Numbered from the stretch's first letter, positions 29,918 through 40,962 are shown. The stretch: DNA of 64,000 nucleotides from an uncultured Capnocytophaga sp. (GCF_937936315.1 NZ_CALGWU010000023.1:53857-117856); one strand, 5' to 3'. The notes: generated by a model from the letters alone, not told the origin. Program-made: numbers and translations.

Positions 29918-30259
29918 ATGAATCAATACGAAACTGTTTTCATTTTGAATCCCGTTTTATCTGAAACTCAGATAAAGGAAGCAGTAGAAAAGTTTGAAAA
30001 TTTTCTTACTTCAAGGGGTGCAGAATTTGTAGCAAAAGAGAATTGGGGCTTGAAAAAATTAGCTTACCCAATCCAAAACAAGAAAAGCGGATTTTATCAC
30101 CTCTTTGAATTTAAAGTAGCTGGTGAAGTAATCGACGCTTTCGAATTGGAATTCCGTCGTGACGAACGTGTTATGCGTTACCTCACTGTGAAATTAGACA
30201 AGCACGCCATCGAGTGGGCTGAAAAAAGAAGAGCTAAGTTAAACACTAAAAAAGCGTAA
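29918..30259 (+). CDS. rpsF: 30S ribosomal protein S6
   Basis: [12 protein letters not shown] is the S6 signature. Confidence 0.93.
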   Translation: MNQYETVFILNPVLSETQIKEAVEKFENFLTSRGAEFVAKENWGLKKLAYPIQNKKSGFYHLFEFKVAGEVIDAFELEFRRDERVMRYLTVKLDKHAIEWAEKRRAKLNTKKA

Positions 30260-30263
30260 GAAA

Positions 30264-30542
30264 ATGGCAGTAGAACAAAAAAAAGGAGATATCAAATACC
30301 TCACTCCACTAAACATCGACACTTCTAAACAAAAGAAATATTGTCGCTTTAAAAAATCAGGTATTAAATACATTGATTACAAAGATGCTGACTTCCTCTT
30401 GAAGTTTGTGAACGAACAAGGTAAATTGCTACCTCGTCGCCTTACTGGTACTTCATTGAAGTTCCAACGCAAAGTGGCTACCGCCGTAAAAAGAGCTCGC
30501 CACTTGGCTTTAATGCCTTATGTAGCCGATTTATTAAAATAA
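30264..30542 (+). CDS. rpsR: 30S ribosomal protein S18
   Basis: YCRFKK...IDYKD...LLKFV...RRLTGT is the S18 signature. Confidence 0.93.
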   Translation: MAVEQKKGDIKYLTPLNIDTSKQKKYCRFKKSGIKYIDYKDADFLLKFVNEQGKLLPRRLTGTSLKFQRKVATAVKRARHLALMPYVADLLK

Positions 30543-30560
30543 TAACAAGGAGTAGAAACT

Positions 30561-31088
30561 ATGGAAATTATACTTAAACAAGACGTACATAATTTAGGTT
30601 TTAAAGACGATGTCGTTACTGTAAAGAATGGCTATGGTCGTAATTACCTTATTCCGCAAGGATTCGCAATTTTAGCTACTCCCTCAGCAAAAAAGGTATT
30701 AGCTGAAAACTTAAAACAAAAAGCTTATAAAGAGCAACACATCATCGAAGAAGCTAAGAAAACTGCTAAAGCTCTAGCTAACTTAGCAGTGAAAATTGTA
30801 GCCAAAGTAGGTGCTGGTGATAAACTCTTCGGTTCTGTTAATCACGCCGATGTTGCTCAAGAATTAGCTAAAGCTGGTCACAATATTGATAAAAAATTTA
30901 TCTCTATTGCTGGTAACACTATCAAACGTACAGGTAAATACAACGCCGCTATCCGTTTACACCGTGAAGTAATCGTTGATTTCCCATTCGAAATTGTAGC
31001 AGAAGTAGCCAAAGTTGAAGCTAAACCTACTGAAAAAGTAGAAGAACCTAAAGTAGAAGTGTCTGCTGAGCAATCTGCTGAAAACTAA
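30561..31088 (+). CDS. rplI: 50S ribosomal protein L9
   Basis: MEIILKQDV...GYGRNYLIPQG is the L9 N-domain. Ala/Lys/Glu-rich C-terminal tail. Confidence 0.92.
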   Translation: MEIILKQDVHNLGFKDDVVTVKNGYGRNYLIPQGFAILATPSAKKVLAENLKQKAYKEQHIIEEAKKTAKALANLAVKIVAKVGAGDKLFGSVNHADVAQELAKAGHNIDKKFISIAGNTIKRTGKYNAAIRLHREVIVDFPFEIVAEVAKVEAKPTEKVEEPKVEVSAEQSAEN

Positions 31089-31242
31089 TAAATTATAAGT
31101 AGTAAATAGTTCATATCAATTATAATTTTTGATACCTATTAAAGATCCAAAATCTTTAGTAGGTATTTTTTTTACAAATATATTTTTTTTTCTCAGAAAT
31201 AATATATACCTTTGTCCCGTTTTTAGCAAGTTTCTTATTACA

Positions 31243-33993
31243 ATGGAATCAAAAATTAATACAATTGGCCTAACAATATGGGGCTACAAACAAGGTTGTA
31301 AAGTTTTAGCTTCTCAAGGAGTTAATTTTCAACTTAAAGAAATAAAAGATAGATTAAAAGATCTTAGTGCTTTTATTCGTATCCATATTCCTCGTATAGA
31401 TTTTTACACACTCCAATTTACGCAAAACTATAAAATATACACTCAATATCGATCTTCACGTGAGGTGAATGGTCAAACAGGAGTGTATATTGCTGTCTCT
31501 TTGTATGTTCCTCACTCTTTGCAATGGCGTGGAGTCCGACAAGTACTTAACTTGTTGATGGATATGTACTTCGCAGAACATATAAACTACGAAAATGGGG
31601 CGCCATTGCTTAATGAAAAAGAAGATATTTTTCCATATTTTAATCTCTTAAGAGGTTATGAAAAACAACTTACTGAAGAGCTTGAGGCAAAGCCTTGTAC
31701 TTTAGAAATGCCTTATGCTCCTAAGGTTTTTCCTTATAGAGATATTTATGAAGTAGATAAATACTTCAATATGCCATATCGTCCTGAGTTTAGCAATCTT
31801 CAGGATATCTTATTCTTGCGAAATGAATTTGTTGAGAGTCCTTTTGCTTATAGTATAGAACTTCTTTTTCCCGAATATAGAACTCCTTCAAATACAGCTT
31901 CAAACACAGCAAGTAATAGCGGAACATCTCATTTTACCATTGCAGATCATAGAATAAAAGTTTTGGCTTTTATGAGAAATGGTAGAGATGTGAGTTCTAC
32001 TTATAGAAGTGAGATTTTTTCAGATGATGATACTATAGAATTGCTCCTTGAGAAATCTAAGTATCACCAAATGTTCTCTTATAACGATACTATTAAAAAA
32101 GCAATTAAAAAAGGCTATATCAAGCGTGAGAATAATAGTTATAGTTTAGACTTTGTTCCTTTTGTAGAAAAGGAAATAAAAGTTTATGTAGAAACTCCTC
32201 AATATGACTTTCAAAAGTACATCACTTTCTTATCTTTAGAAAGTGGTAGCTTCAAAATTAAACCTCATAGTGATAGCAAGGGCTTTTATTTCCTTTTTAA
32301 AGGTGAAGAGGCTCAAAAGATATTCAATATCAGTTATAATGGAATTGTTTTTAGAAGTAATTATGTAGTAGATGAAAAAGTCCCTCTATCTATTCCTTTT
32401 GAACAATATCATTTTACAGTTGTTTCCAATAAAATAGTATCTGTAGCTCTGAAAATCAATGGGATTTTATTTAGCAACTCCTTGCGTAGTGACTCTCCTA
32501 TAGAGATAGTTCTTCCTGAACACTTGTATCACTTTGAGTTTGAGAATCAAGATACAAAGAGGGTGATAAGTATTTCTAAAAGTGGTGAGATAAACTATGA
32601 AATTGAGGGTAATGTACACAATCCTCAAATGCTTGCTTCTGAAAGCCCTCAAGCAAAAAATCAACTTGCTGTAGTGAATAATAATAGCTTGGCTATTATT
32701 GGAGATGACAAGAATAAGCCTGTACACAAATCTCGCTTCTTCTGGCTAAAAATAGCATCTATTGTAGTATTTGTTTTGGCATTAGTAGGTATAGGTTATT
32801 GGTTTATATTTCCTATGCTCAAAGATCCTACCAAGGCTTACATTGCTTTTAATTCTGAAAGCAAAATTGAAGATATTCATTTCTTAACAAATATAGATGA
32901 ACGTACTTATGAGATTGACAGTGCTTATATCCGCTTAAAAAAAGGATTACCTGAAACTGAAACTAAACTGGTAATTACTTTTGCTGAAGAAGGAAAAGAT
33001 ACTGTTGTTTTTAATAGAGAACAACTATCTAAATTGGCGACAATGGTACAACAAGGTAATAAAGATACTCTAAAAATTGATGTAGTATCTCCTGCTCGCT
33101 TCTTCCTTGCAGAAGTGAAAAATTGGAAAAACACTCACGCCGATCCTAAAGGAGCTCTTTTCTTAGCTGAAGCAAAAAAACGAAACTATCTTACTGAGAA
33201 ATTACGTCCTGAGTTTGAAAAAGCAGTATGGGAGAATTTCTTGAAAGATTTTGATTATTCAGCTTATAATAGTGAACAAGTAGATAGTCTCTTGCGTCCT
33301 TATTTAAGAGGTGGGGCTTCCGAATTAAAATCCTATCAAAAAGATTTGGAACAAATTATTTCTCAAACTAAAAGTCGCGAGAATCAGGAAGATAATATAG
33401 TAGAAGTAGCAACCCCTATGCCTGTTGATACTCCTGCACCTATAAGAGAATCTAAACCTGTTGCAACAACACCTAAAAGCAACCCTAAACCTAAGAAGAA
33501 TATTCCTACTTCTCATCCTATTGAGACTACTACAGTTATAGTAGAGGGAGGAGATTCTAAAACAGTAGTGAGACGTACTAGAACAGGGGCAAGACCTCAC
33601 GCTACTAATGTAAGCCTCACAGAGGAGTTTATTGCTGATTTAAAACGTTTCAACTCTCCTTCTTGCTCTGAAGAAGTGGTGGATAAAGTAAAAATTAATG
33701 CAAAACGTCTAAGTAATAGTGATTGGGAAGTTGTATCTTACGATTTTAATCAAAACAAAAATGAAATTGAGGAACGTGTGAGACAATATGTAGCATTCTT
33801 TACTGCCGTAAAAACAGGAGGTTCCATAGAAAATCTTAAACCGCCCTATTTTGGAGGACAATCAAATATAATCTATTTTCTTAAAAGAGGGGATAATTTT
33901 AAAATTGTAAAAGGAAAAACAAATCTCAAAACTTTTACTGATATTCGTCAGGCAATTATCAATACAGGTGTAGAACCTAAATCAATACGATAA
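31243..33993 (+). CDS. Large hypothetical bitopic membrane protein (917 aa): cytoplasmic N-domain of about 480 aa, one TM helix, C-terminal region with a Pro/Thr-rich linker
   Basis: Long ORF. A TACCTTTG box at 31207-31214 lies inside the ORF-track extension, so the start is set at ATG 31243. TM helix at FFWLKIASIVVFVLALVGIGYWFIF. No recognisable catalytic motif. Confidence 0.55.
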   Translation: MESKINTIGLTIWGYKQGCKVLASQGVNFQLKEIKDRLKDLSAFIRIHIPRIDFYTLQFTQNYKIYTQYRSSREVNGQTGVYIAVSLYVPHSLQWRGVRQVLNLLMDMYFAEHINYENGAPLLNEKEDIFPYFNLLRGYEKQLTEELEAKPCTLEMPYAPKVFPYRDIYEVDKYFNMPYRPEFSNLQDILFLRNEFVESPFAYSIELLFPEYRTPSNTASNTASNSGTSHFTIADHRIKVLAFMRNGRDVSSTYRSEIFSDDDTIELLLEKSKYHQMFSYNDTIKKAIKKGYIKRENNSYSLDFVPFVEKEIKVYVETPQYDFQKYITFLSLESGSFKIKPHSDSKGFYFLFKGEEAQKIFNISYNGIVFRSNYVVDEKVPLSIPFEQYHFTVVSNKIVSVALKINGILFSNSLRSDSPIEIVLPEHLYHFEFENQDTKRVISISKSGEINYEIEGNVHNPQMLASESPQAKNQLAVVNNNSLAIIGDDKNKPVHKSRFFWLKIASIVVFVLALVGIGYWFIFPMLKDPTKAYIAFNSESKIEDIHFLTNIDERTYEIDSAYIRLKKGLPETETKLVITFAEEGKDTVVFNREQLSKLATMVQQGNKDTLKIDVVSPARFFLAEVKNWKNTHADPKGALFLAEAKKRNYLTEKLRPEFEKAVWENFLKDFDYSAYNSEQVDSLLRPYLRGGASELKSYQKDLEQIISQTKSRENQEDNIVEVATPMPVDTPAPIRESKPVATTPKSNPKPKKNIPTSHPIETTTVIVEGGDSKTVVRRTRTGARPHATNVSLTEEFIADLKRFNSPSCSEEVVDKVKINAKRLSNSDWEVVSYDFNQNKNEIEERVRQYVAFFTAVKTGGSIENLKPPYFGGQSNIIYFLKRGDNFKIVKGKTNLKTFTDIRQAIINTGVEPKSIR

Positions 33994-34014
33994 TAACCAT
34001 AAAAACACTATACT

Positions 34015-34581
34015 ATGTTAGAAGTTTTTAATAACCTCGACACTTTACTGAAAGGATTTTGGATGGTAGCAATCCCTACCTCTGTGATTTTTATTATCCA
34101 AATGACACTTACATTTATAGGAAGTGATGCCTCCGATGGGACTTCTGCCGATTTTGATGGAGATCTAGATGGAGGTGACACACCTTTTCAGCTTTTTTCT
34201 TTCCGTAACTTGATGAATTTTTTGTTAGGATTTAGCTGGACAGGGATTTCATTTTATAAAATTATTAACAATCAACTCCTACTCATAACTTTAGCTATTG
34301 TAGTAGGAGTTTTGTTTGTATACTTATTTTTCCTTATTATCAGAGCTCTAATGAGACTTTCAGAAGACAATACTTTCAAACTCTCAGAAACTATAGGAAA
34401 AACGGCTGAAGTTTATATTCCTATACCTGAATATAAACAGGGGAGGGGTAAAGTAACAATTAGCATACACGGTACTATACACGAGTTGGAAGCAATGACT
34501 ATTGGAGAACGTCTTCCCTCTAATACCATCGTGAAAATAATTTCTATAGACGATGCCGTTTTATTTGTAGAACGATTGTAA
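34015..34581 (+). CDS. NfeD-like/YqiJ-family (DUF1449) membrane protein with C-terminal OB-fold
   Basis: Two or three TM helices followed by a beta-rich C-terminal stretch (GKTAEVYIPI...GRGKVTISIHG) resembling the NfeD OB domain. Confidence 0.45.
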   Translation: MLEVFNNLDTLLKGFWMVAIPTSVIFIIQMTLTFIGSDASDGTSADFDGDLDGGDTPFQLFSFRNLMNFLLGFSWTGISFYKIINNQLLLITLAIVVGVLFVYLFFLIIRALMRLSEDNTFKLSETIGKTAEVYIPIPEYKQGRGKVTISIHGTIHELEAMTIGERLPSNTIVKIISIDDAVLFVERL

Positions 34582-34635
34582 CAATTCAAAATTATTTCGT
34601 ACCTTTGCCCTCTATAAAATATAATTGTAAACACA

Positions 34636-37317
34636 ATGAAAATAGCTAAAAAAATATTTAAGTGGGGAGGTATTACACTTTTGCTCCTCATCATTGCAAT
34701 GATTGCTATTCCTTTTTTCTTTAAAGATACTATTAAAGAAAAGGTGATTGAGATGGCAAATGAGAATTTAAAAGCAAATATTGCTTTGCAAGATGTAGAT
34801 ATCAGTCTATTTAAAAACTTTCCTAAAGCTCAAGTAACCCTCAATAATTTTGTATTAGTAAATAAAGAACCCTTTGTAGGTGATACTCTTTTTGCTGCTA
34901 AACATATTGATGTAACTTTGAGTATAAAAGATTTATTAGCGGGTAACTACAATTTGTTAGGTGCTAATGTGAGGGATGCTTCTGTATACATCCACCTTAA
35001 TAAAGAAGGAGCTGGTAACTTTGATATCGCCATCCCTTCCGATAAACCTGAAGAGGAATCTGCTCCTATCAAACTTGATATTCAACAATATAACGTTGAA
35101 AATTTAAAATTTACTTTTAAAATGGATGATGGTAATCTCTTTATGGAAGTAGCCGACATCTATCATAGCGGAAAAGGTAACTTTGCTGAAGAAGTGTTGG
35201 ATTTAGATACACAAACTAAAGCCAATGTAACTTTTGCAATGGATAAAAGTACTTTTATGAAACAAGTGCCTATTACACTTCAAGCTATTTTAGGTATTGA
35301 CCTAAAAAATCAAAAGTACACTTTCAAACAAAATAAAGCTACTGTAAACCGCTTAGATTTAGTGTTTGATGGATTTATTCAGCTATTAGAAGAAGGACAA
35401 CGTTACGATCTTACTTTTAGCACCCCTACTAATTCATTCCAAAACTTCTTAGCTCTTATTCCTGAAGAGTACTCCAAAAATATTGAAAATGTAAAAACTA
35501 CAGGTAATCTCACTCTCAAAGGCTTTGCAAAAGGAGATATGGTAGGTGATAAAATCCCTACTTTTGGTATTGAAATGTATGCTGATAATGCTTCTTTCAA
35601 ATATCCAAACCTTCCTAAAACAGTGCGTGATATCACTATTGACCTCAAAGTAAATAATGATACTGGAATTACTAATGATACCAAAATAAACCTTAATAAG
35701 TTTACAATGAGTATTGATCAAGACCATTTCTCCGCTCGTGCTAATGTGAGTAATATGGTAGTAAATCCGTTTGTAGATATGGCTTTGAAAGGTACTGTCA
35801 ACTTAGCTAACTTATCACAAGCTTACCCTATTTCTTTAGATAAAAAGTTTTCAGGAATCCTCCGTGCAGATATTGCTACACAGTTGGATATGAAATCAGT
35901 AGAAGCTAAAAAATATCAAAATATCAAAGCTCAAGGCACTTTGTCTCTTTCTCAATTTGTATATGCAGGCGAAGAGTTTGTCAAACCTTTCCATATTGAT
36001 AACTTGAATGTAACATTTAATCCTTCACACATTGGCTTATCTCAATTCGATGCTCGTACAGGTGAAACTGATTTACATCTCACAGGAACAATCGATAACC
36101 TATATGGTTTTGCTTTTAGAAAAGAAATTCTCAAAGGGAACTTCAATCTCTCATCCAACAAATTAGTAGTGAATGATTTCATGCAACCAGCTGCTAAAGA
36201 GGCTACTACTCCCACAAAACAAGAAACTAAAGAAACTCCTAAAATAGAGGCTAAAACACCAACTCAAGCAGCTATAAAGGTTCCAGCTTTCTTAGATTGT
36301 ACTCTTACAGCCAAAGCTAATACAGTGTCATACGACAATTTGAAATTGAGCAATGTATCTGGTAAACTAATTATAAAAGATGAAAAAGTAGCTTTAGAAA
36401 ACTTAAAATCAGATATCTTTGGAGGTAACATAGCGCTCTCTGGTGATGTGTCTACTAAAGAAAAAACACCTACTTTTGATGTGGATTTAAACCTCAATCG
36501 TGTTAATATTCCCGAAGCTTTCTCTCAAATCACAATGTTAGAGAAAATTGCTCCTATTGCTAATGCTGTACAAGGTAAGGTGAATACAGTTATCAATGTG
36601 AAAGGTTCTTTGAAAAATGATTTAACTCCTGAAATTAATAGCATTTCAGGCGATTTATTTGCAGCGCTAATAGACTCTAAAATTGATAGCCAAGGTTCAG
36701 CCTTACTCTCAGCCTTAGATAGTCAATTTACAGGATTAAATTTAGCCAATCTTAACTTAAAAGACATAAAAGCTGCTGTTGATTTTGAAGATGGAAAAGT
36801 CAAAATCAAACCTTTTACTATCAAATATAAAGATGTAGGCATAGAGGTAGCTGGTTCTCACGGTTTTGACCAACAGATGAATTATAAGTTAACCTTTAAC
36901 GTTCCTCCTCAAATGCTAGGAAAAGAAGCTGAAGGCTTATTGGCAAAACTTACTCCTGAAAATCAGAAAAAGATAAGTAATTTGCCTGTAGTAGCAACAG
37001 TAGGTGGTACTTTTAAAAAACCTCAAGTGAGTACCGATGCTAAAACTGTAGTAAAGGATTTGGCTACCCAAATAGCAAAAAATCAAATTAATAATCTTAC
37101 AGCTAAAGGTACTGATGCCCTACAACAAGCTTTAGGTTCTAAAACTAATTCAGGTACTGCTGCCGAAGTAACTCAAACCATTGGAGGGTTAATGAAAAAC
37201 AAAGATAGTACAATGACTAAAGTGAAAGAAAAAGCCAAAGAGGAGGCTAAAAAAGAAGCTAAAAAACAATTAGGTAACTTCCTTAAAGGCTTAGGCGGAA
37301 AAAATGAAGGTGAATAA
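34636..37317 (+). CDS. AsmA-family protein (AsmA/TamB-like envelope lipid-transport or assembly protein)
   Basis: N-terminal TM anchor and a long beta-rich periplasmic region with the AsmA N-domain pattern. Lys/Glu/Ala-rich C-terminus. TACCTTTG box at 34600-34607. Confidence 0.7.
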   Translation: MKIAKKIFKWGGITLLLLIIAMIAIPFFFKDTIKEKVIEMANENLKANIALQDVDISLFKNFPKAQVTLNNFVLVNKEPFVGDTLFAAKHIDVTLSIKDLLAGNYNLLGANVRDASVYIHLNKEGAGNFDIAIPSDKPEEESAPIKLDIQQYNVENLKFTFKMDDGNLFMEVADIYHSGKGNFAEEVLDLDTQTKANVTFAMDKSTFMKQVPITLQAILGIDLKNQKYTFKQNKATVNRLDLVFDGFIQLLEEGQRYDLTFSTPTNSFQNFLALIPEEYSKNIENVKTTGNLTLKGFAKGDMVGDKIPTFGIEMYADNASFKYPNLPKTVRDITIDLKVNNDTGITNDTKINLNKFTMSIDQDHFSARANVSNMVVNPFVDMALKGTVNLANLSQAYPISLDKKFSGILRADIATQLDMKSVEAKKYQNIKAQGTLSLSQFVYAGEEFVKPFHIDNLNVTFNPSHIGLSQFDARTGETDLHLTGTIDNLYGFAFRKEILKGNFNLSSNKLVVNDFMQPAAKEATTPTKQETKETPKIEAKTPTQAAIKVPAFLDCTLTAKANTVSYDNLKLSNVSGKLIIKDEKVALENLKSDIFGGNIALSGDVSTKEKTPTFDVDLNLNRVNIPEAFSQITMLEKIAPIANAVQGKVNTVINVKGSLKNDLTPEINSISGDLFAALIDSKIDSQGSALLSALDSQFTGLNLANLNLKDIKAAVDFEDGKVKIKPFTIKYKDVGIEVAGSHGFDQQMNYKLTFNVPPQMLGKEAEGLLAKLTPENQKKISNLPVVATVGGTFKKPQVSTDAKTVVKDLATQIAKNQINNLTAKGTDALQQALGSKTNSGTAAEVTQTIGGLMKNKDSTMTKVKEKAKEEAKKEAKKQLGNFLKGLGGKNEGE

Positions 37318-37340
37318 AACAAAAATAAATAGAATTATAT

Positions 37341-38087
37341 ATGTATAAAGTAGTACTTTTACGCCACGGACAAAGTGAATGGAATAAGCTCAACCTATTC
37401 ACAGGGTGGCAAGATGTAGATTTAACTGAGCAAGGAGTACAAGAAGCTCGTGAAGCAGGACGTGTAATGAAAGAAGAAGGTTTCAAATTTGATGTTGCCT
37501 ACACATCTGTACTTAAAAGAGCTATCAAAACTTTGAACAATGCTTTAGAAGCAATGGGTGACCTTTGGGTACCTACTCACAAAAGCTGGAGACTCAATGA
37601 AAAAAGTTATGGAGCACTACAAGGTTTAAACAAAGCTGAAACAGCTGCTAAATATGGTGAAGACCAAGTACTTTTATGGCGTCGCTCTTATGATGTACGT
37701 CCTCCATTTATTGAAGAATCCGATGAACGTCACCCATCACACGACCGTCGCTATGCTACCCTTACTAAAGAAGAAAAAACAGCTGGCGAAAGTTTGAAAG
37801 ATTGTTATGATCGTATGTTGCCTATATGGTTCAATGAGATAGCTCCTGATATCAAAGCTGGTAAAAGTGTAATCATTGCAGCTCACGGTAATAGTTTGCG
37901 CTCATTAGTTCAATACCTCGACGGACTTTCTGAGGATGAAATCCTTAAACTCAACATCCCTACAGGGGTGCCTTTGGTGTATGAACTCGATGCTAACTTA
38001 AAACCTATCAAGCACTATTACTTAGGTGACCAAGAAGCAATTGCAGCTGCTATCAATAGTGTAGCAAATCAAGGTAAATCAAAATAG
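37341..38087 (+). CDS. gpmA: 2,3-bisphosphoglycerate-dependent phosphoglycerate mutase
   Basis: [10 protein letters not shown] catalytic His motif. Full-length dPGM similarity. Confidence 0.92.
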   Translation: MYKVVLLRHGQSEWNKLNLFTGWQDVDLTEQGVQEAREAGRVMKEEGFKFDVAYTSVLKRAIKTLNNALEAMGDLWVPTHKSWRLNEKSYGALQGLNKAETAAKYGEDQVLLWRRSYDVRPPFIEESDERHPSHDRRYATLTKEEKTAGESLKDCYDRMLPIWFNEIAPDIKAGKSVIIAAHGNSLRSLVQYLDGLSEDEILKLNIPTGVPLVYELDANLKPIKHYYLGDQEAIAAAINSVANQGKSK

Positions 38088-38103
38088 TACTTATTTTATC
38101 AAA

Positions 38104-38146
38104 AATACCTCCAAGAAATTTTATTCTTAGGAGGTATTTTTTTATC
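38104..38146 (+). terminator. Rho-independent terminator after gpmA
   Basis: Hairpin ACCTCCAAGAA/TTCTTAGGAGGT followed by T7. Confidence 0.65.
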
Positions 38147-38525
38147 TATAAAATAATAACTGAACCTTAAAAATATTCAATTCAACACTTCAAACAATAA
38201 AAACATCTCATAATTTTTTTCTATCCAATGTATTTGTAATTCAAAAATAATAATTATTTTTGCACTCGAATAGTAATATACTATCTTTGAATTAAAAAAA
38301 TATATTTAATTACTAAAAACTTTGGTCGCTGAAAATGAACATCTTATTTTTAAGTTATTTTCACTCTGCACGCACTCATTCCTTGCAAATTAAGTTCAAG
38401 GCTAAAAGTCTTTCACCACTTCGTATTTGAATCAGGTGTAGTTAGGTAATAAAAAAATAGGTAATAAATGATGTTACCTATATCTTTTACTAAAAATTAT
38501 TAATTATTTAAATTACACTGTACAA

Positions 38526-39917
38526 ATGAAAAATAAATATATAGACCTAATTGACCAAACCTACTATTTTCCACAAGATGAATTTACTTTAGATGGTGAT
38601 GAACTTCGCTTTCACAATATTGATTTGATGGAACTCGTACGCAAGTATGGAGCTCCTCTCAAATTTATGTATTTGCCTAGAATATCCGAGAATATTCAAC
38701 GTGCCAAAAAATGGTTTGAAAAAGCTATTAAAAAACATAAGTACAAAGGAGCATACAACTACTGCTATTGCACCAAGAGTTCTCATTTCAAACACGTAAT
38801 GGTAGAAGCTTTGAAGAATGATATCCACATGGAAACCTCTTCAGCTTTTGATATTAACATTATCAACAACCTTATCAGCGAAGGATTGATTACCAAAGAG
38901 AATTATATTTTGTGTAATGGTTTTAAACGAGATGCCTATATTGATGGTATCGCAGGCCTCATTAATCGAGGCTATCAAAATTGCATACCTATCATTGATA
39001 ATTATGAAGAAATCAATTTGTTTGAAGAAAAAATAAAAGGATCATACAATATTGGTATTCGCATTGCTTCTGAAGAAGATCCTCGTTCAGAGTTTTATAC
39101 TAGCCGCTTAGGAATTGGTTATAAAAATATTGTACCTTTCTACAATCGTGAAATAAAGGATAATCCTAAAGTGCATCTCAAAATGTTGCACTTCTTTATC
39201 AATACAGGTATTAAAGATAATGCTTATTATTGGAATGAACTTCTCAAATGTTTGCGTGTATACATTCAACTAAAAAAAGTAGCTCCTGAACTTGATAGTC
39301 TCAATATTGGTGGAGGTTTCCCTATCAAGAGTTCATTAGCTTTTGAATATGACTATGCTTATATGGTTGATGAGATTATCCGACAGATAAAAATCACTTG
39401 TGATCAAGAAAAAGTTCCAGTACCTAATATTTTTACGGAATTTGGTAGTTTTACAGTAGGTGAAGCAGGAGGAGCTATCTACGAGATAATGTATCAAAAG
39501 CAACAAAACGACCGTGAAAAGTGGGATATGATCAACTCCTCTTTTATCACTACTTTGCCTGATTCTTGGGCAATTAATAAACGTTTTGTGTTATTGCCAA
39601 TCAATCGTTGGAATGATGAATATGAACGTGTGCTCCTTGGAGGACTTACCTGTGATGGGGATGATTACTATAATAGCGAGCAGAATATGAATGCAATCTA
39701 TTTACCTAAATATAACAAAAATAAACCTCTCTATATAGGCTTTTTTAATACAGGAGCATATCAAGATAGTATTGGAGGAGTAGGAGGTTTGCAACACTGT
39801 CTTATTCCACAACCTAAAATAGTTCTTATCGATAAAGATAAGGATGGTAACCTTACCTCTCGTCTCTTTATGGAACAACAAAAAGCTGATGAAATGTTAA
39901 AGATTTTGGGTTACTAA
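38526..39917 (+). CDS. speA: Arginine decarboxylase (biosynthetic, Bacteroidota-type short SpeA)
   Basis: Full-length similarity to PLP-dependent Orn/Arg decarboxylase fold ADC. About 270-nt leader after a TAttTTTG box near 38253-38260. Confidence 0.7.
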   Translation: MKNKYIDLIDQTYYFPQDEFTLDGDELRFHNIDLMELVRKYGAPLKFMYLPRISENIQRAKKWFEKAIKKHKYKGAYNYCYCTKSSHFKHVMVEALKNDIHMETSSAFDINIINNLISEGLITKENYILCNGFKRDAYIDGIAGLINRGYQNCIPIIDNYEEINLFEEKIKGSYNIGIRIASEEDPRSEFYTSRLGIGYKNIVPFYNREIKDNPKVHLKMLHFFINTGIKDNAYYWNELLKCLRVYIQLKKVAPELDSLNIGGGFPIKSSLAFEYDYAYMVDEIIRQIKITCDQEKVPVPNIFTEFGSFTVGEAGGAIYEIMYQKQQNDREKWDMINSSFITTLPDSWAINKRFVLLPINRWNDEYERVLLGGLTCDGDDYYNSEQNMNAIYLPKYNKNKPLYIGFFNTGAYQDSIGGVGGLQHCLIPQPKIVLIDKDKDGNLTSRLFMEQQKADEMLKILGY

Positions 39918-40014
39918 ATTTTATGTTATAAACTTTGTCAAGGTCTCGGGACTTTGACAAAGTTTTTATACTTTTCCCCAAAGCCTAACACCTTTTTCTC
40001 TAACTTCTAAAAGA

Positions 40015-40962
40015 ATGAAATACATAGTTTTATTTTTCCTATTAACAACAACTTTATGCGCACAAGATACGACTTCTACTAAAAAATACCACTATAAAAT
40101 GTGGATAAAACCCTCCTTGAGCATCAATTATCTTGCTGTGGATATAGAAGATGCTCCTATCAATGAAGCTCTAAAAAATAAAACTATATTGCCTAACTAC
40201 CCTCTTACAATGGGATTAGGTTTAGGAGTTCATAATACCTATATAAATCTTGACTATGCTAGAGGGCTAATGCCTTTGCGCAATGAGGATAAATATGGAA
40301 AAACAAGTTATTTTGATTTTCAAATACATTCTTTTATTAATAATAAATTTTTATTAGATCTTTATTATCAAAGTTATAAAGGTTTCTATTATGAAGATGG
40401 TCAAGATATACATCTTCTCAAAGATGCTCGTGTACAACAGATAGGAAGTGAATTTTTGTATTTTACTAAATGGAGAGAAACCTCTTTAAGAAATATTTTT
40501 AATCCAGAGGGTAATCAATTAAAGCCTTTGTTTAGTTTTTATTTTGGAGGAGGTGTTTTTTACCACAAACTTAGCTTGCCTCTTAATTCTCCAGATAAAA
40601 TTGATGATTTCAAACATATACAAGCTGGATTTAGTGGAGGGGTTGCTAACCTTTGGGAGCTCACCCCTAATCTCACTTTTAGTGGTTTAGTAGGTTTGGG
40701 CTTCTATTTTGGTGGAGAAACAGCTCCTATAAGTAAAATGAAGCTCAATCAATATGTAAATTTTAGATATAACCTAGCTCTTACTTATAAAATTAAAAAC
40801 TCAACAATAGATTTTTCAATACTTCATAATAATAAACGTGTTTATTTCAATAATTCCGATCTTGTAAGTATTAAAAACTCTACTTTTAGGATAAGTTTTA
40901 CGCAACAACTCAATGTAACTACTCGCCATAACAACAAAGTGATGAGGTTCTTAGGAATGTAA
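40015..40962 (+). CDS. Hypothetical secreted/outer-membrane protein
   Basis: Signal peptide (LLTTTLCAQD) and a beta-rich, aromatic-rich sequence. Confidence 0.4.
   Translation: MKYIVLFFLLTTTLCAQDTTSTKKYHYKMWIKPSLSINYLAVDIEDAPINEALKNKTILPNYPLTMGLGLGVHNTYINLDYARGLMPLRNEDKYGKTSYFDFQIHSFINNKFLLDLYYQSYKGFYYEDGQDIHLLKDARVQQIGSEFLYFTKWRETSLRNIFNPEGNQLKPLFSFYFGGGVFYHKLSLPLNSPDKIDDFKHIQAGFSGGVANLWELTPNLTFSGLVGLGFYFGGETAPISKMKLNQYVNFRYNLALTYKIKNSTIDFSILHNNKRVYFNNSDLVSIKNSTFRISFTQQLNVTTRHNNKVMRFLGM

Noticed and set aside
31129-31242. Upstream extension MIPIKDPKSLVG... of the large protein.
   Set aside because: It contains the TACCTTTG promoter box at 31207-31214. Translation most likely starts at ATG 31243.
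35403-36497. Antisense ORFs of 77-93 aa inside the AsmA-family gene. Similar antisense ORFs lie inside pyrD, cysS, mfd, ettA and lpd.
   Set aside because: They are embedded in long, well-supported genes on the opposite strand and have no independent signal.
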